A DNA stretch of 64,000 bases, from positions 40,567 through 104,566 of the forward strand of contig CAZJVJ010000002.1 of NCBI GenBank assembly GCA_964549635.1, given 5' to 3'. The DNA comes from an uncultured Dehalococcoidales bacterium (GTDB taxonomy: Bacteria > Chloroflexota > Dehalococcoidia > GIF9 > UBA5629). Positions within the stretch are counted from its first letter, which is position 1, and every line of letters starts with the position of its first letter. The notes beneath the pieces are model-generated. The model searched no databases, was not told the origin of the DNA, and saw only the letters and a program-made list of their open reading frames with translations. A program made the position numbers and the translations under genes. Of this stretch, positions 10,323 through 20,858 are shown piece after piece.

Positions 10323-11516
10323 TTGGGGCATTTTAGCTTTTACACTGCTGGAGAATCGCACGGCAAGGGTTTAGTTGCTGTTATTGAGGGAATGGTAGCC
10401 GGCTTGCCTCTAAGTGAAGAGTACATAGCGAAAGATTTAAGAAGGCGACAAATTGGTTATGGGCGAAGCGCTCGTATGGAAATAGAACATGACAGGGCCG
10501 AGATTATCTCTGGCGTGCGCCACGGCTTTACAATAGGCACCCCGATAAGCCTGCTGATATGGAATCGTGTTTGGGATGATTGGCATGAGATAATGAGCAT
10601 TTCCCCTATAGATAAAAAAATACCATTGTTAACCTTGCCCAGACCGGGTCATGCTGACCTTGCTGGCGTAATCAAGTATGGTCTAACAGATATTCGTCCG
10701 ATTTTGGAGAGGGCAAGTGCCAGAGAAACAGCGGCTAGAGTTGCTGTTGGTGCTGTAGCTCGAAGATTTCTCGAAGAGTTCGGTATAGTAATTCGCAGTC
10801 ATACGATAAGTATTGGCAAACATCGTTTGGTGAAGTTGCGCAAGCCGATAGATTGGCAACAAGTTGAGGATTCACCTGTTCGCTGCGCTGATCCTGGGGT
10901 GGAAAAGTCAATGATTGCGGCCATTGAGGGGGCTAAAGCTGAAGGAAATACACTTGGTGGTATTTTTGAGCTAATCGCCGTTGGAGTGCCTGTCGGGCTG
11001 GGTAGTCATGTACAGTGGTCTCGTCGGCTTGATGGTCAAATTGCCCAGGCGATAATGAGTATCAATGCTGTGAAAGGTGTTGAGATAGGAGATGGCTTTT
11101 CTTTAGCTAAGATGAGAGGTTCCCGGGCTCACGATGTAATCCAGCGTGGTTCGCGTGGGGCAATGCCATTTTACCACCGAACTACCAATAGAGCTGGGGG
11201 CATTGAGGGTGGAATAAGTAACGGAGAACCAATTGTAGTCAGGGCGGCGGTGAAACCAGTTGCTACGCTTGGTAAACCATTGCCATCTATAGACCTGCGC
11301 AGTAAAAAAGCAAGCAGAGCTCATTATGAAAGGAGCGACGTTTGCATTGTTCCCGCCGCTGGAGTTATCGGTGAGGCCATGTTGGCGATAGTTTTGGCAA
11401 ATAACATGTTGGAAAAATTCGGTGGTGACCACCTAAAGGAAACATTAAGAAACTATAACAACTATATGAGCTCTGCTTTTTCTTTCGGTTATCATGCATC
11501 GTCCGAAGCCAAATAG
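10323..11516 (+). CDS. aroC: chorismate synthase
   Basis: 397 aa with 'TAGESHGKGL', 'GRSARMEI', 'RPGHAD' and 'ERSDVCIVPAAGV'. TTG start. Confidence 0.9.
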   Translation: MGHFSFYTAGESHGKGLVAVIEGMVAGLPLSEEYIAKDLRRRQIGYGRSARMEIEHDRAEIISGVRHGFTIGTPISLLIWNRVWDDWHEIMSISPIDKKIPLLTLPRPGHADLAGVIKYGLTDIRPILERASARETAARVAVGAVARRFLEEFGIVIRSHTISIGKHRLVKLRKPIDWQQVEDSPVRCADPGVEKSMIAAIEGAKAEGNTLGGIFELIAVGVPVGLGSHVQWSRRLDGQIAQAIMSINAVKGVEIGDGFSLAKMRGSRAHDVIQRGSRGAMPFYHRTTNRAGGIEGGISNGEPIVVRAAVKPVATLGKPLPSIDLRSKKASRAHYERSDVCIVPAAGVIGEAMLAIVLANNMLEKFGGDHLKETLRNYNNYMSSAFSFGYHASSEAK

Positions 11517-13158
11517 AAACATTGCTCTTACAGGTTTTTCAGCTACTGGCAAATCAACTGTAGCCAAGAAAGTAGCTGAATTTTTGAATTGGGCCTTTAT
11601 AGATACGGATGATGAGATAGTCAGAATTAGCGGCAAACCCATTCCGGAAATTTTCGCGCAAAATGGAGAGTCTGAATTCAGAAGGCTTGAACGTGAAGTA
11701 TTACGGGAAGCTTGCCGAAAAAGGAATGTGGTTATAGCTACGGGAGGTGGAGCTATCCTAGACCCTGTGAACCAGGAATTGCTTTGTAAGACTAGCGTCG
11801 TTATTTGTCTGGAGGCCAAGCCGGAAACTATATATCAACGCCTGCTCCGTGATGGTATTTACTCTTCTAATCCTGTGGTACGACCGTTGCTCGTTGCTGA
11901 TAATCCTCAAGAACGTATAAAGCAGCTTAAGGCTTACAGGCAGCCTTATTATGCTATTGCGGATTGGACGGTCCATACAGATAATCTGACCGTTCAGGAA
12001 GTAAGTCAGGAGGTGATAAAGGGCTGGCGGTATATAATTCGCACTGAGGGTAAGCGACCTGATGATCCTGATTTGGCTTGTGAAGTGAAAACAGCAACTT
12101 CCAGTTATCCAATCTTTGTTGGATGGGGTCTGTTGAGTAAACTTGGGGACAAAATGAGACAGGCTGGTTTATCGGGCACAGCTAACCTTATTAGCGATGA
12201 AGTCGTTTTTTCTATTTATGGGGCACATGTTACAGAGACGTTGGAAAAGGCGGATTTCAACGTTAACTGCTGTGTGGTACCTCCCGGCGAAGCTACAAAG
12301 AATATCGCACAGGTAGTCAAAATTTATGATTTTCTTATTGAGCGCCATACTGAGAGGACTGATGTAATAGTTGCTTTGGGCGGTGGAATGGTTGGTGATT
12401 TGGCTGGCTTTGTTGCGGCTACTTTTGCAAGAGGATTGCCTTGGCTTCAGGTTCCTACCACTTTGATAGCTATGGCAGATGCCAGTATCGGGGGAAAGGT
12501 AGCCGTTGACCATCCACGAGGGAAAAACCTGATAGGTGCTTTTTATCAACCAAGCCTTGTTTTGGAGGACATTCAAACTTTGACCACTTTGCCTGAGCGG
12601 GAGTTCATTTCAGGGTGGGCTGAGATTATCAAACATGGTTTAATTCTTGATGGCGAGCTTTTCCAACTTATAGAAGGCAATGTTGACAGGCTTATTAAAT
12701 TGATACCCGATATCACATTAAACATTGTTGTCCGGAGTGCCTGTCTGAAGGCTCAAGTTGTTGCAGAGGACGAGAGAGAAACTGGGAGACGGATTATACT
12801 AAACTATGGACACACCATAGCTCATGGGCTTGAAGCTGCTACCAGATATAGACGCTTCCTCCATGGTGAGGCGGTAGCTATAGGAATGATGGGAGAGGCT
12901 AAACTGAGCAATAGGTTGGGTCTATTACCTCAACATGTTGTTGAACGGCTGGAGGCACTTTTGCAGAGATTTAATTTGCCTACCTTTTGTTCGAGAGTAG
13001 CTTTAGCTGATGTGCTTGCAGCTATGAAGCTGGATAAGAAAGTCCGTGGTAAAGAAATACAGTGGGTTTTACCAGTGGATATTGGCAAGGTAACAATTCG
13101 CGGCGATGTGCCTCAAAAAGAAGTTGTGGGTGTCCTTAAAGAGGTGATAAAACTTTGA
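11494..13158 (+). CDS. aroKB: bifunctional shikimate kinase / 3-dehydroquinate synthase fusion
   Basis: 554 aa. The N-terminal P-loop 'GFSATGKSTVAK' and 'DTDDEI' indicate AroK. Residues after about 190 carry AroB motifs 'GGGMVGDLAGFVAAT', 'GGKVAVD' and 'NYGHTIAHGLE'. Overlaps aroC by 23 nt. Confidence 0.85.
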   Translation: MHRPKPNRNIALTGFSATGKSTVAKKVAEFLNWAFIDTDDEIVRISGKPIPEIFAQNGESEFRRLEREVLREACRKRNVVIATGGGAILDPVNQELLCKTSVVICLEAKPETIYQRLLRDGIYSSNPVVRPLLVADNPQERIKQLKAYRQPYYAIADWTVHTDNLTVQEVSQEVIKGWRYIIRTEGKRPDDPDLACEVKTATSSYPIFVGWGLLSKLGDKMRQAGLSGTANLISDEVVFSIYGAHVTETLEKADFNVNCCVVPPGEATKNIAQVVKIYDFLIERHTERTDVIVALGGGMVGDLAGFVAATFARGLPWLQVPTTLIAMADASIGGKVAVDHPRGKNLIGAFYQPSLVLEDIQTLTTLPEREFISGWAEIIKHGLILDGELFQLIEGNVDRLIKLIPDITLNIVVRSACLKAQVVAEDERETGRRIILNYGHTIAHGLEAATRYRRFLHGEAVAIGMMGEAKLSNRLGLLPQHVVERLEALLQRFNLPTFCSRVALADVLAAMKLDKKVRGKEIQWVLPVDIGKVTIRGDVPQKEVVGVLKEVIKL

Positions 13159-14024
13159 AGATTTTGGTGACCAATCAGAAAACGTTTCTTGATCACATTG
13201 GCGTATTAAAGCCTAGAGAGACGGCTTTACTTACCTTTATTGGTGCTTGCTCATCAATTGTTGCTGCCGGGAGATATTTGCCTTTAGATGCCTTTGTCCT
13301 TGCTTTAGTAGCCATTTTTCTTGGCAGTGCTGGGTGTAACGGGCTAACTAACTACCTTGACAGAGATGTGGATGTCAGGATGGTGAGGACAGCTAATCGG
13401 GCTTTGCCTTCAGGACGTATTTCACCTCCACAGAAGGTTTTACCGCTTATCATAGTGCTTTTGATAGCTGCACTTGCATTAGCCTGGCTGTTACATCCTC
13501 TTTGTTTCCTATTTGGCTTGATTGGCATTGTTGCCGCAGCAGTGTGGCGAAAGACTGTTTCCTGTACATTTCTTGGCATAGTTGCCGGTTGTAGCCCAGT
13601 TCTTATCGGCTGGTATGCTCTCAGACCTACCTTTGATTTTGTTATCCTGCTACTTTGTTGCCTGGTTGCTATCTGGACTCCAATTCATGTCTGGAGTGTC
13701 ATGATCGCCAACCGGGATGATTATTTAAGTGCCGGTTTAAGTTACTTCCCATTAAGCTGGCAAGTCAAGGATGTGGTAAAAGTGCTTTTTGTTTTAGCCA
13801 TTTTCTTATATCTTGTTTCCATTCTTATTTATCTTGTCGGCGATTTTCATTATCTATATCTAATTGTGGCAAATATACTTGGACTATTGATGATTTATGC
13901 TAATGCCCGATTACTGTTCTCAATAACATCGACAGATGCCTGGCGAGTATACAAGTTGTCTGCATTTCCCTACCTAGGTGTAATCTTTTTGGGTATGTGT
14001 TTAGATATTTGGCTAATGCAGTAA
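13155..14024 (+). CDS. UbiA-superfamily prenyltransferase with a heme O synthase (CtaB/COX10)-like signature
   Basis: 289-aa polytopic membrane protein. 'NYLDRDVDVRMVRTANRALPSG' fits the CtaB-type first Asp-rich motif. TTG start overlaps the aroKB stop (TTGA). Confidence 0.6.
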   Translation: MKILVTNQKTFLDHIGVLKPRETALLTFIGACSSIVAAGRYLPLDAFVLALVAIFLGSAGCNGLTNYLDRDVDVRMVRTANRALPSGRISPPQKVLPLIIVLLIAALALAWLLHPLCFLFGLIGIVAAAVWRKTVSCTFLGIVAGCSPVLIGWYALRPTFDFVILLLCCLVAIWTPIHVWSVMIANRDDYLSAGLSYFPLSWQVKDVVKVLFVLAIFLYLVSILIYLVGDFHYLYLIVANILGLLMIYANARLLFSITSTDAWRVYKLSAFPYLGVIFLGMCLDIWLMQ

Positions 14025-15481
14025 TGGATGCGAGCCTGATAGATACGTTAGAAGCTGCCTTTCACGCTAAAGCTATTGCTGTAGTTGGAGCATCTGAAAC
14101 ACCGATTTCTTTCGGTTATCATTATATGAGGCATCTTCTGGACTATGGTTACCCTGGCCGCATTTATCCCGTAAATCCCGAAAAGTCCACGATTTTAGGC
14201 CTGAAAGCTTACCCAGATGTATCCAATATACCGGATACCGTAGATTATGTTATCTGTTGTCTTCCAGCAACTAAAGTTTTGGAGTTGCTGACACAATGTC
14301 GCTCTCGTGGTGCGAAGGTAATTCATCTCCTCGCAGCTCGACTGAGTGAAACAGGTCGACAGGCCGCCAAGGACCTCGAAGCTAGTATCCTTCGGGAAGC
14401 TAAAAAGCTCGGTATCCGACTTATTGGGCCTAATTGCATGGGGATTTACTATCCGCGGGGCGGATTAGGGCACGGTTATGACTTATCGAGGGAGCCAGGA
14501 ACAATAGGCTGTGTGTTTCAAAGCGGTGGTTCTTCTACGTTGCTCGTTCGTTATGGAGAATTGCGCGGGCTTCGTTTCAGCAAGGTCATCAGCTATGGCA
14601 ATGCCCTTGACTTGGACGAGAGCGACTTCTTGTACTATCTTGCACATGATGACGAGACAAAAATTATAGCAGCTTATTTTGAAGGCGTAAAAAATGGCAA
14701 AAAGTTCCTCAAAGCTCTGACTGATGCAGCGCGGGTCAAGCCTGTTATTGCCATTAAAGGTGGGCGGAGTATGGCAGGGGCAAAAGCAGCTGCTTCACAT
14801 ACCGCTGCGATAGCCGGCTCTGCAATTGTGTGGCAAACGGCTTTCAAAAAGGCAAATGTAGTAATAGCCCAAGACTTGAATGAGCTTGTTGATTTGCTTG
14901 TTGCCTTTTATTTCCTGCCCAAGATTACGGGGAACAGAGTTGCCATAGTCAGTGCCGGCGGTGGCCTAACTGTAATGGCTGCCGATCTTTGTGAGGAGGC
15001 CGGACTTGTCGTGCCACCGTTACCTGAAGAGATTAGAGAGGAACTCAAGGTACGAGCACCGGAAATATGGGATTGGCTTAACAATCCCATAGATGGCTCT
15101 GCCGTGGCTACAATCTCTACAGGTTTTCCAGAGACTCTTATGGAAATCACAAAAATTCTGGCCAGTAGCCCCAAATTTGATTTGGTCATTGCTGAATTCA
15201 CTGATGACAATCCGTTTCAAGAAGAAATATGGTCCAACGTTGCAAAGAGTCAAACCGAGGCATTTATTAATCTTTCCAGAAAAAAGTTGAACCCTTTAGT
15301 CGCCGTAGTTAGCAGTGGAATAACCGATTCCAAGCGCTGCAGGCACGGGCGCTGGAAGATGCTTGCCGAACAGAGAATGAGACTTATTGATGCCCACATT
15401 CCGACCTATTCTACAGTCGCTGAAGCTGCGAGGGCGGTCAGCAAGTTTATAAATTACTGGAAAGCGCGAGCTGAAACTTAG
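14024..15481 (+). CDS. ADP-forming acyl-CoA synthetase alpha-like subunit (CoA-binding + succinyl-CoA-synthetase-like domains), no adjacent ATP-grasp partner
   Basis: 'AIAVVGASETP', 'GRIYPVNPEKSTILGLKAY' and the phosphohistidine-loop-like 'AASHTAAIAGS'. I prefer ATG 14024, which forms a TAATG junction with the upstream stop. Confidence 0.7.
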   Translation: MDASLIDTLEAAFHAKAIAVVGASETPISFGYHYMRHLLDYGYPGRIYPVNPEKSTILGLKAYPDVSNIPDTVDYVICCLPATKVLELLTQCRSRGAKVIHLLAARLSETGRQAAKDLEASILREAKKLGIRLIGPNCMGIYYPRGGLGHGYDLSREPGTIGCVFQSGGSSTLLVRYGELRGLRFSKVISYGNALDLDESDFLYYLAHDDETKIIAAYFEGVKNGKKFLKALTDAARVKPVIAIKGGRSMAGAKAAASHTAAIAGSAIVWQTAFKKANVVIAQDLNELVDLLVAFYFLPKITGNRVAIVSAGGGLTVMAADLCEEAGLVVPPLPEEIREELKVRAPEIWDWLNNPIDGSAVATISTGFPETLMEITKILASSPKFDLVIAEFTDDNPFQEEIWSNVAKSQTEAFINLSRKKLNPLVAVVSSGITDSKRCRHGRWKMLAEQRMRLIDAHIPTYSTVAEAARAVSKFINYWKARAET

Positions 15482-15529
15482 CTTGGTGGCAAGGCAGCAT
15501 TACCCACGTCTTTGTCAGCTTGGTGTTAA

Positions 15530-16729
<1,200 letters not shown>

Positions 16730-16848
16730 ATGAATTCATACATTTACACATTATTTTGGGCAAACAGGACTAGCTAGCATACATGTGAGATCGTACCCGC
16801 CGATTAGTCGCTTGTTTACAGATTTTGAGTTTGAGATAAACTGGCAAA

Positions 16849-16877
16849 TTGAATAGGGGTCTGGCTTAAGTTATAAT
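16849..16877 (+). promoter_or_regulatory. candidate promoter for aspS (TTGAAT-17 nt-TATAAT)
   Basis: -35 at 16849-16854 and a perfect -10 at 16872-16877. Its position argues against the track start at 16879. Confidence 0.4.
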
Positions 16878-16893
16878 CTTGGGACATCTTTAT

Positions 16894-18717
16894 ATGGGGG
16901 TTCCCTTGCTGAAAACTCATTATTGTGGGGAGTTAAAAGAAGAGCATGTTGGTCAAAACGTCATCCTAGCCGGGTGGGTTCACCGTCGTCGAGACCATGG
17001 AGGTTTGATATTCATTGATTTGAGAGACAAGGAAGGCATAGTCCAGGTGGTATTTAACCCAGACACATCAGAAAAAGCACATAAAACGGCAAGTGAACTT
17101 CGCATCGAGTACGTGGCTAAAATTGCTGGCAAAGTAGTTAAGCGTCCTCCTGGCACTGAAAATTTAAAGCTACCCACGGGGCAAATAGAAGTTATCGCCA
17201 GTGATATACAGATACTCAATACAGCGAAAACACCACCGTTTTACATAAATGAGGATGTGGAGGTTGACGAAAACCTTTGCCTTAAATACCGCTATCTTTA
17301 TCTCAGACGCCCTAGAATGAAAGACAACATGATACTTCGCTACAAGGTCGAGAAATTTATGCGCGATTTTCTCGATGCCAGGGGCTTCGTTGAAATTGAG
17401 ACGCCCATTTTGTTCAAAAGCACTCCTGAGGGGGCACGGGATTATCTTGTGCCCAGTCGTCTACACCCAGGGAAGTTCTATGCGTTGCCTCAATCACCTC
17501 AACAGCTCAAACAACTATTAATGGTCGCTGGCTTTGAAAAGTACTATCAGATAGCTCGCTGTTTTCGCGATGAAGACTTGCGTGCTGATCGTCAGCCTGA
17601 ATTTACACAGCTCGACCTGGAAATGAGCTTTATTGACGAGGAGGATATCCTTAATCTTCTCGAAGAAATGTTCACGTCTCTGGTAGAGACCGTTAAACCG
17701 GAAATGCGGGTGTTAAAGCCTTTTCCACGAATTTCCTATGCTGAAGCGATAGACCGGTATGGTACTGATAAGCCGGATATGCGGTTCGGTCTTGAGCTAA
17801 AGGATCTGTCGACGATATTTGCTAATTCCGAGTTTTCGGTTTTTCGTTCTGTCCTCGAGAGCGGTGGTGCAGTGAGAGGTATATGCCTGCCGGGCTGCGC
17901 CGAATATTCGCATAAGCAACTCGAAGAATTGACCGAATTGGCGAAGTCTTATGGAGCCAAAGGGCTGGTAACGATGGCATTGCCTTCGGGTAACTACAAG
18001 TATCCGGAACAACTGACTCATGACAAGGTTAAATCTGTAGCCGCCAAATATCTGACTTTGGAGCAGCTAAGGGATATAGTCTGCAGGTTTGAAGCTAATC
18101 CTGGTGATTTGATATTAATTGTGGCCGGGGAGCGCAAGATGGTTGGTAAAGTGCTGGCTGAGTTGCGGCGAGAAATGGGGCACCGTCTTGGCCTCATTGA
18201 CCGAAGTCTGTTGGCTTTTGTTTTTATTGTAGATTATCCCTTGTTGGACTGGAATGAAGAAACAGGGAAGTGGGAGCCGATGCACCATCCCTTTACAGCA
18301 CCTGTGGAAGAGGACGTTCCACTACTTGATATAGACCCAGCCAAGGTGCGGGCGCGCCACTATGATATTGTGTGCAATGGTTACGAATTGTCAAGTGGGA
18401 GCATTAGAATTCATACGCGTCAACTGCAAGAGAAGATATTTCGGCTGCTTGGCTATAGTGATGAAGAGATAGAAGCACGTTTTGGGCATTTGCTTGAGGC
18501 ATTTGACTACGGCGCACCCCCTCATGGTGGTATCGCACCAGGTATTGACCGTCTTGTAATGTTACTGGCAGGGGCAGAAAACATCAGGGAGGTGATCGCT
18601 TTTCCTAAGAACCAGAGCGCTATTGATGTTATGAGCGACTCCCCTTCCCCAGTTTCCAAAGCCCAACTTGGTGAGTTGCATTTGGAACTGAAGGTTGAGA
18701 AGATTACCCAGATGTAG
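16894..18717 (+). CDS. aspS: aspartate--tRNA ligase
   Basis: 'THYCGEL', 'GWVHRRRDHGGLIFIDLRD', 'FRDEDLRADRQPEFTQLD' and 'GGIAPGIDRLVMLL'. The start is uncertain (ATG 16894 or TTG 16906). Confidence 0.9.
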   Translation: MGVPLLKTHYCGELKEEHVGQNVILAGWVHRRRDHGGLIFIDLRDKEGIVQVVFNPDTSEKAHKTASELRIEYVAKIAGKVVKRPPGTENLKLPTGQIEVIASDIQILNTAKTPPFYINEDVEVDENLCLKYRYLYLRRPRMKDNMILRYKVEKFMRDFLDARGFVEIETPILFKSTPEGARDYLVPSRLHPGKFYALPQSPQQLKQLLMVAGFEKYYQIARCFRDEDLRADRQPEFTQLDLEMSFIDEEDILNLLEEMFTSLVETVKPEMRVLKPFPRISYAEAIDRYGTDKPDMRFGLELKDLSTIFANSEFSVFRSVLESGGAVRGICLPGCAEYSHKQLEELTELAKSYGAKGLVTMALPSGNYKYPEQLTHDKVKSVAAKYLTLEQLRDIVCRFEANPGDLILIVAGERKMVGKVLAELRREMGHRLGLIDRSLLAFVFIVDYPLLDWNEETGKWEPMHHPFTAPVEEDVPLLDIDPAKVRARHYDIVCNGYELSSGSIRIHTRQLQEKIFRLLGYSDEEIEARFGHLLEAFDYGAPPHGGIAPGIDRLVMLLAGAENIREVIAFPKNQSAIDVMSDSPSPVSKAQLGELHLELKVEKITQM

Positions 18718-18754
18718 CCTAAAAATATAGGATGAAGAGGTAGTACATAAAATA

Positions 18755-20032
18755 ATGAAAGTATCCACAGAGCCAGTCAAGAATGGCCAGATGACATTGA
18801 AGATCGAAATGGAAGGCACGGAGGTAGACAGATACCTGGAGCGAGCTTACAATCGTCTGGTCAGGAAAGTCTCTATTCCGGGTTTCCGTAAAGGGAAAGC
18901 GCCAAGAGCAATACTCGAGCAACACATCGGTAAAGAAACTTTACTTCGAGAAGCTTTTGAGGATTTGATACCAGAGGCATACAAGGAAGCTACACAGAAT
19001 ATTGAAATAGACGCTATTGCGTCGCCCCAATTCGAGATTATTCAGACTGAGCCGTTAGTTCTAAAAGCAGTGATACCGTTGAGACCTACGGTCAAAATTG
19101 GAGATTACAAACAAATAAGGATTGATCCCAAACCTATACAAGTTGGGCAGGACGATGTTGATGCGGTTATGGAACAACTTCGTCTTCAGCAAGCGGTCTT
19201 ATTACCGGTAGACCGTCCAGTCCAATTTGGAGATGTAGTAACTATAGATGTAGAAGGTGAGAAACAGGGAGAATCGTTCCCCATCCGTAAGAATCTGGTA
19301 TATGAAGTTATTCAGGGGGCTAGGCTGCCCCTGCCCGGGTTTGCAGAGAAGCTGGAAGGCATGAGAAAAGGCGAGGAAAGGCACTTCGTATTATCCTATC
19401 CTGAAGATTATGAAATGCGGGAACTGGCTGGAAAAGAGCATACCTTTAAAGTCACAGTTACGGAGATAAAAGAGAAAAGACTGCCTCCGGTAAATGATGA
19501 ATTTGCTAAGAAATTCGGTAGTCAGGATTTGGCTTCATTCCGGGAATTGGTATTTGCTGATCTAAAGGCAAGAGCGGAGGAGAGGACCCGAATGGAGCTT
19601 GAACAACAAGTAGTTAACTCCGCTATTGAAATGAGTGAAGTGGAATACCCACCGATATTAGTTGACAGGGAAATCGAGCGATTGCTGAATGAGGAGTCGA
19701 GGCATTTTCACCAGGGGATCAAAGGCCTAGCGAATTACTTGAAAAGTGTTGATAGAACGCTTGATGAGCATCTTGAGGAATTGCGCCCTGTAGCAAGCAG
19801 GCGTGTTGCCCGCAGCTTGGTCTTGGCGAAGATAGCAGAAGAAGAGAATATCGAAGTTGGTGAGGCGGAGATTGATGAGGAAGTAGAGAAAATATTGAAA
19901 GACGCAGGCAAACAAACCGAGGAGCTTAGTAAATTATTAGATTTGGCACAAACCCGCGAGTCTATAAAGCAGTTTATAATTGCTCGGAAAACTGTGGAAC
20001 GGCTAGTTCAGATTGCCACTCAGAAAAGTTAA
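18755..20032 (+). CDS. tig: trigger factor
   Basis: 425 aa with the ribosome-binding 'GFRKGKAPRAILEQ' signature, a central FKBP-like region and a C-terminal helical domain. Confidence 0.9.
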   Translation: MKVSTEPVKNGQMTLKIEMEGTEVDRYLERAYNRLVRKVSIPGFRKGKAPRAILEQHIGKETLLREAFEDLIPEAYKEATQNIEIDAIASPQFEIIQTEPLVLKAVIPLRPTVKIGDYKQIRIDPKPIQVGQDDVDAVMEQLRLQQAVLLPVDRPVQFGDVVTIDVEGEKQGESFPIRKNLVYEVIQGARLPLPGFAEKLEGMRKGEERHFVLSYPEDYEMRELAGKEHTFKVTVTEIKEKRLPPVNDEFAKKFGSQDLASFRELVFADLKARAEERTRMELEQQVVNSAIEMSEVEYPPILVDREIERLLNEESRHFHQGIKGLANYLKSVDRTLDEHLEELRPVASRRVARSLVLAKIAEEENIEVGEAEIDEEVEKILKDAGKQTEELSKLLDLAQTRESIKQFIIARKTVERLVQIATQKS

Positions 20033-20110
20033 TGAAACGAACCTTTAACACTAGCGTTTTTCCTACCAGTCAGTTTATGCTAAAATTCAACTGAGCACGG
20101 GTGGAAGGGA

Positions 20111-20479
20111 ATGCCGCTTTATGAGTACTGGTGTAGCAATTGCCAACGCAAGGTCACGATATTTCACGTGACCTTAACTCAAGACTCGCCTATTTGTCCA
20201 AGATGTGGTAACAGCACCCTACGCCGGTTATTTTCTACCTTTTCCATACGTAGTAAAACATATAAAGATGTTTATGAAGATATCCTCTCCGATTCTAAGC
20301 TAACCAGGGGTATGTTGAGCAATGACCCGAGAGCTTTAGCCGAATGGAATAGGCGAATGAGTCAAGGTGAGGAAGTTGCTCCTGAATATAAAGAAATGCT
20401 TGAGCGGATGGAAAGAGGAGAGATGCCCACTGCGTTAGCTGGCACCGGTGCCGACGAGTCCTTTGAGGAATGTGAGTAA
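20111..20479 (+). CDS. FmdB-family zinc-ribbon protein (copy 1)
   Basis: N-terminal 'MPLYEYWCSNCQ...CPRCG' (CxxC-x16-CxxC) and an acidic C-terminal tail. Confidence 0.6.
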   Translation: MPLYEYWCSNCQRKVTIFHVTLTQDSPICPRCGNSTLRRLFSTFSIRSKTYKDVYEDILSDSKLTRGMLSNDPRALAEWNRRMSQGEEVAPEYKEMLERMERGEMPTALAGTGADESFEECE

Positions 20480-20483
20480 TACT

Positions 20484-20858
20484 ATGCCAGTTTATGAGTT
20501 TTACTGTTCAGCATGTGGTAAAAAGAGTAGCTTTTTTACAAGGACCGTCTTGACCTCTTTTGTGCCGAGTTGTACAAGCTGTGGTAGTCACGATTTGACT
20601 CGCATTATATCAACCTTCGCTTATCATAAGTCAATTAAAACCATTCATGAAGAGAGTGGCGAGCCGACTATGTATCCAAGTCCTGACTACTATAAGGATC
20701 CGCGTAACATAGGCAGGTGGGTGGAGAAGAGGTTTAAAGACATGGGGATGGAGATGCCTGATGAAATTCGGCAGAAGATTCAAGCTGCCAGAGAAGGTGT
20801 ACTACCAGAACCCTTGAAGGACTTACAAAGTGCCTCACCAGATGCTGCGTATCATTGA
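20484..20858 (+). CDS. FmdB-family zinc-ribbon protein (copy 2)
   Basis: 'MPVYEFYCSACG...CTSCG'. I prefer ATG 20484, 4 nt after the copy-1 stop, over the track start at 20448. Confidence 0.6.
   Translation: MPVYEFYCSACGKKSSFFTRTVLTSFVPSCTSCGSHDLTRIISTFAYHKSIKTIHEESGEPTMYPSPDYYKDPRNIGRWVEKRFKDMGMEMPDEIRQKIQAAREGVLPEPLKDLQSASPDAAYH

Noticed and set aside
16879-16893. Track-predicted N-terminal extensions (aspS 16879, ruvX 8081, ACD-alpha 13997, FmdB-2 20448, SDR 30617, ACAD 31758, BKACE 56191, lipoprotein 60191)
   Set aside because: In each case a downstream start has a better SD, removes an overlap, or restores the canonical family N-terminus. For 16879 and 60191, a -10 box sits on or just before the proposed start. 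The start calls remain predictions.
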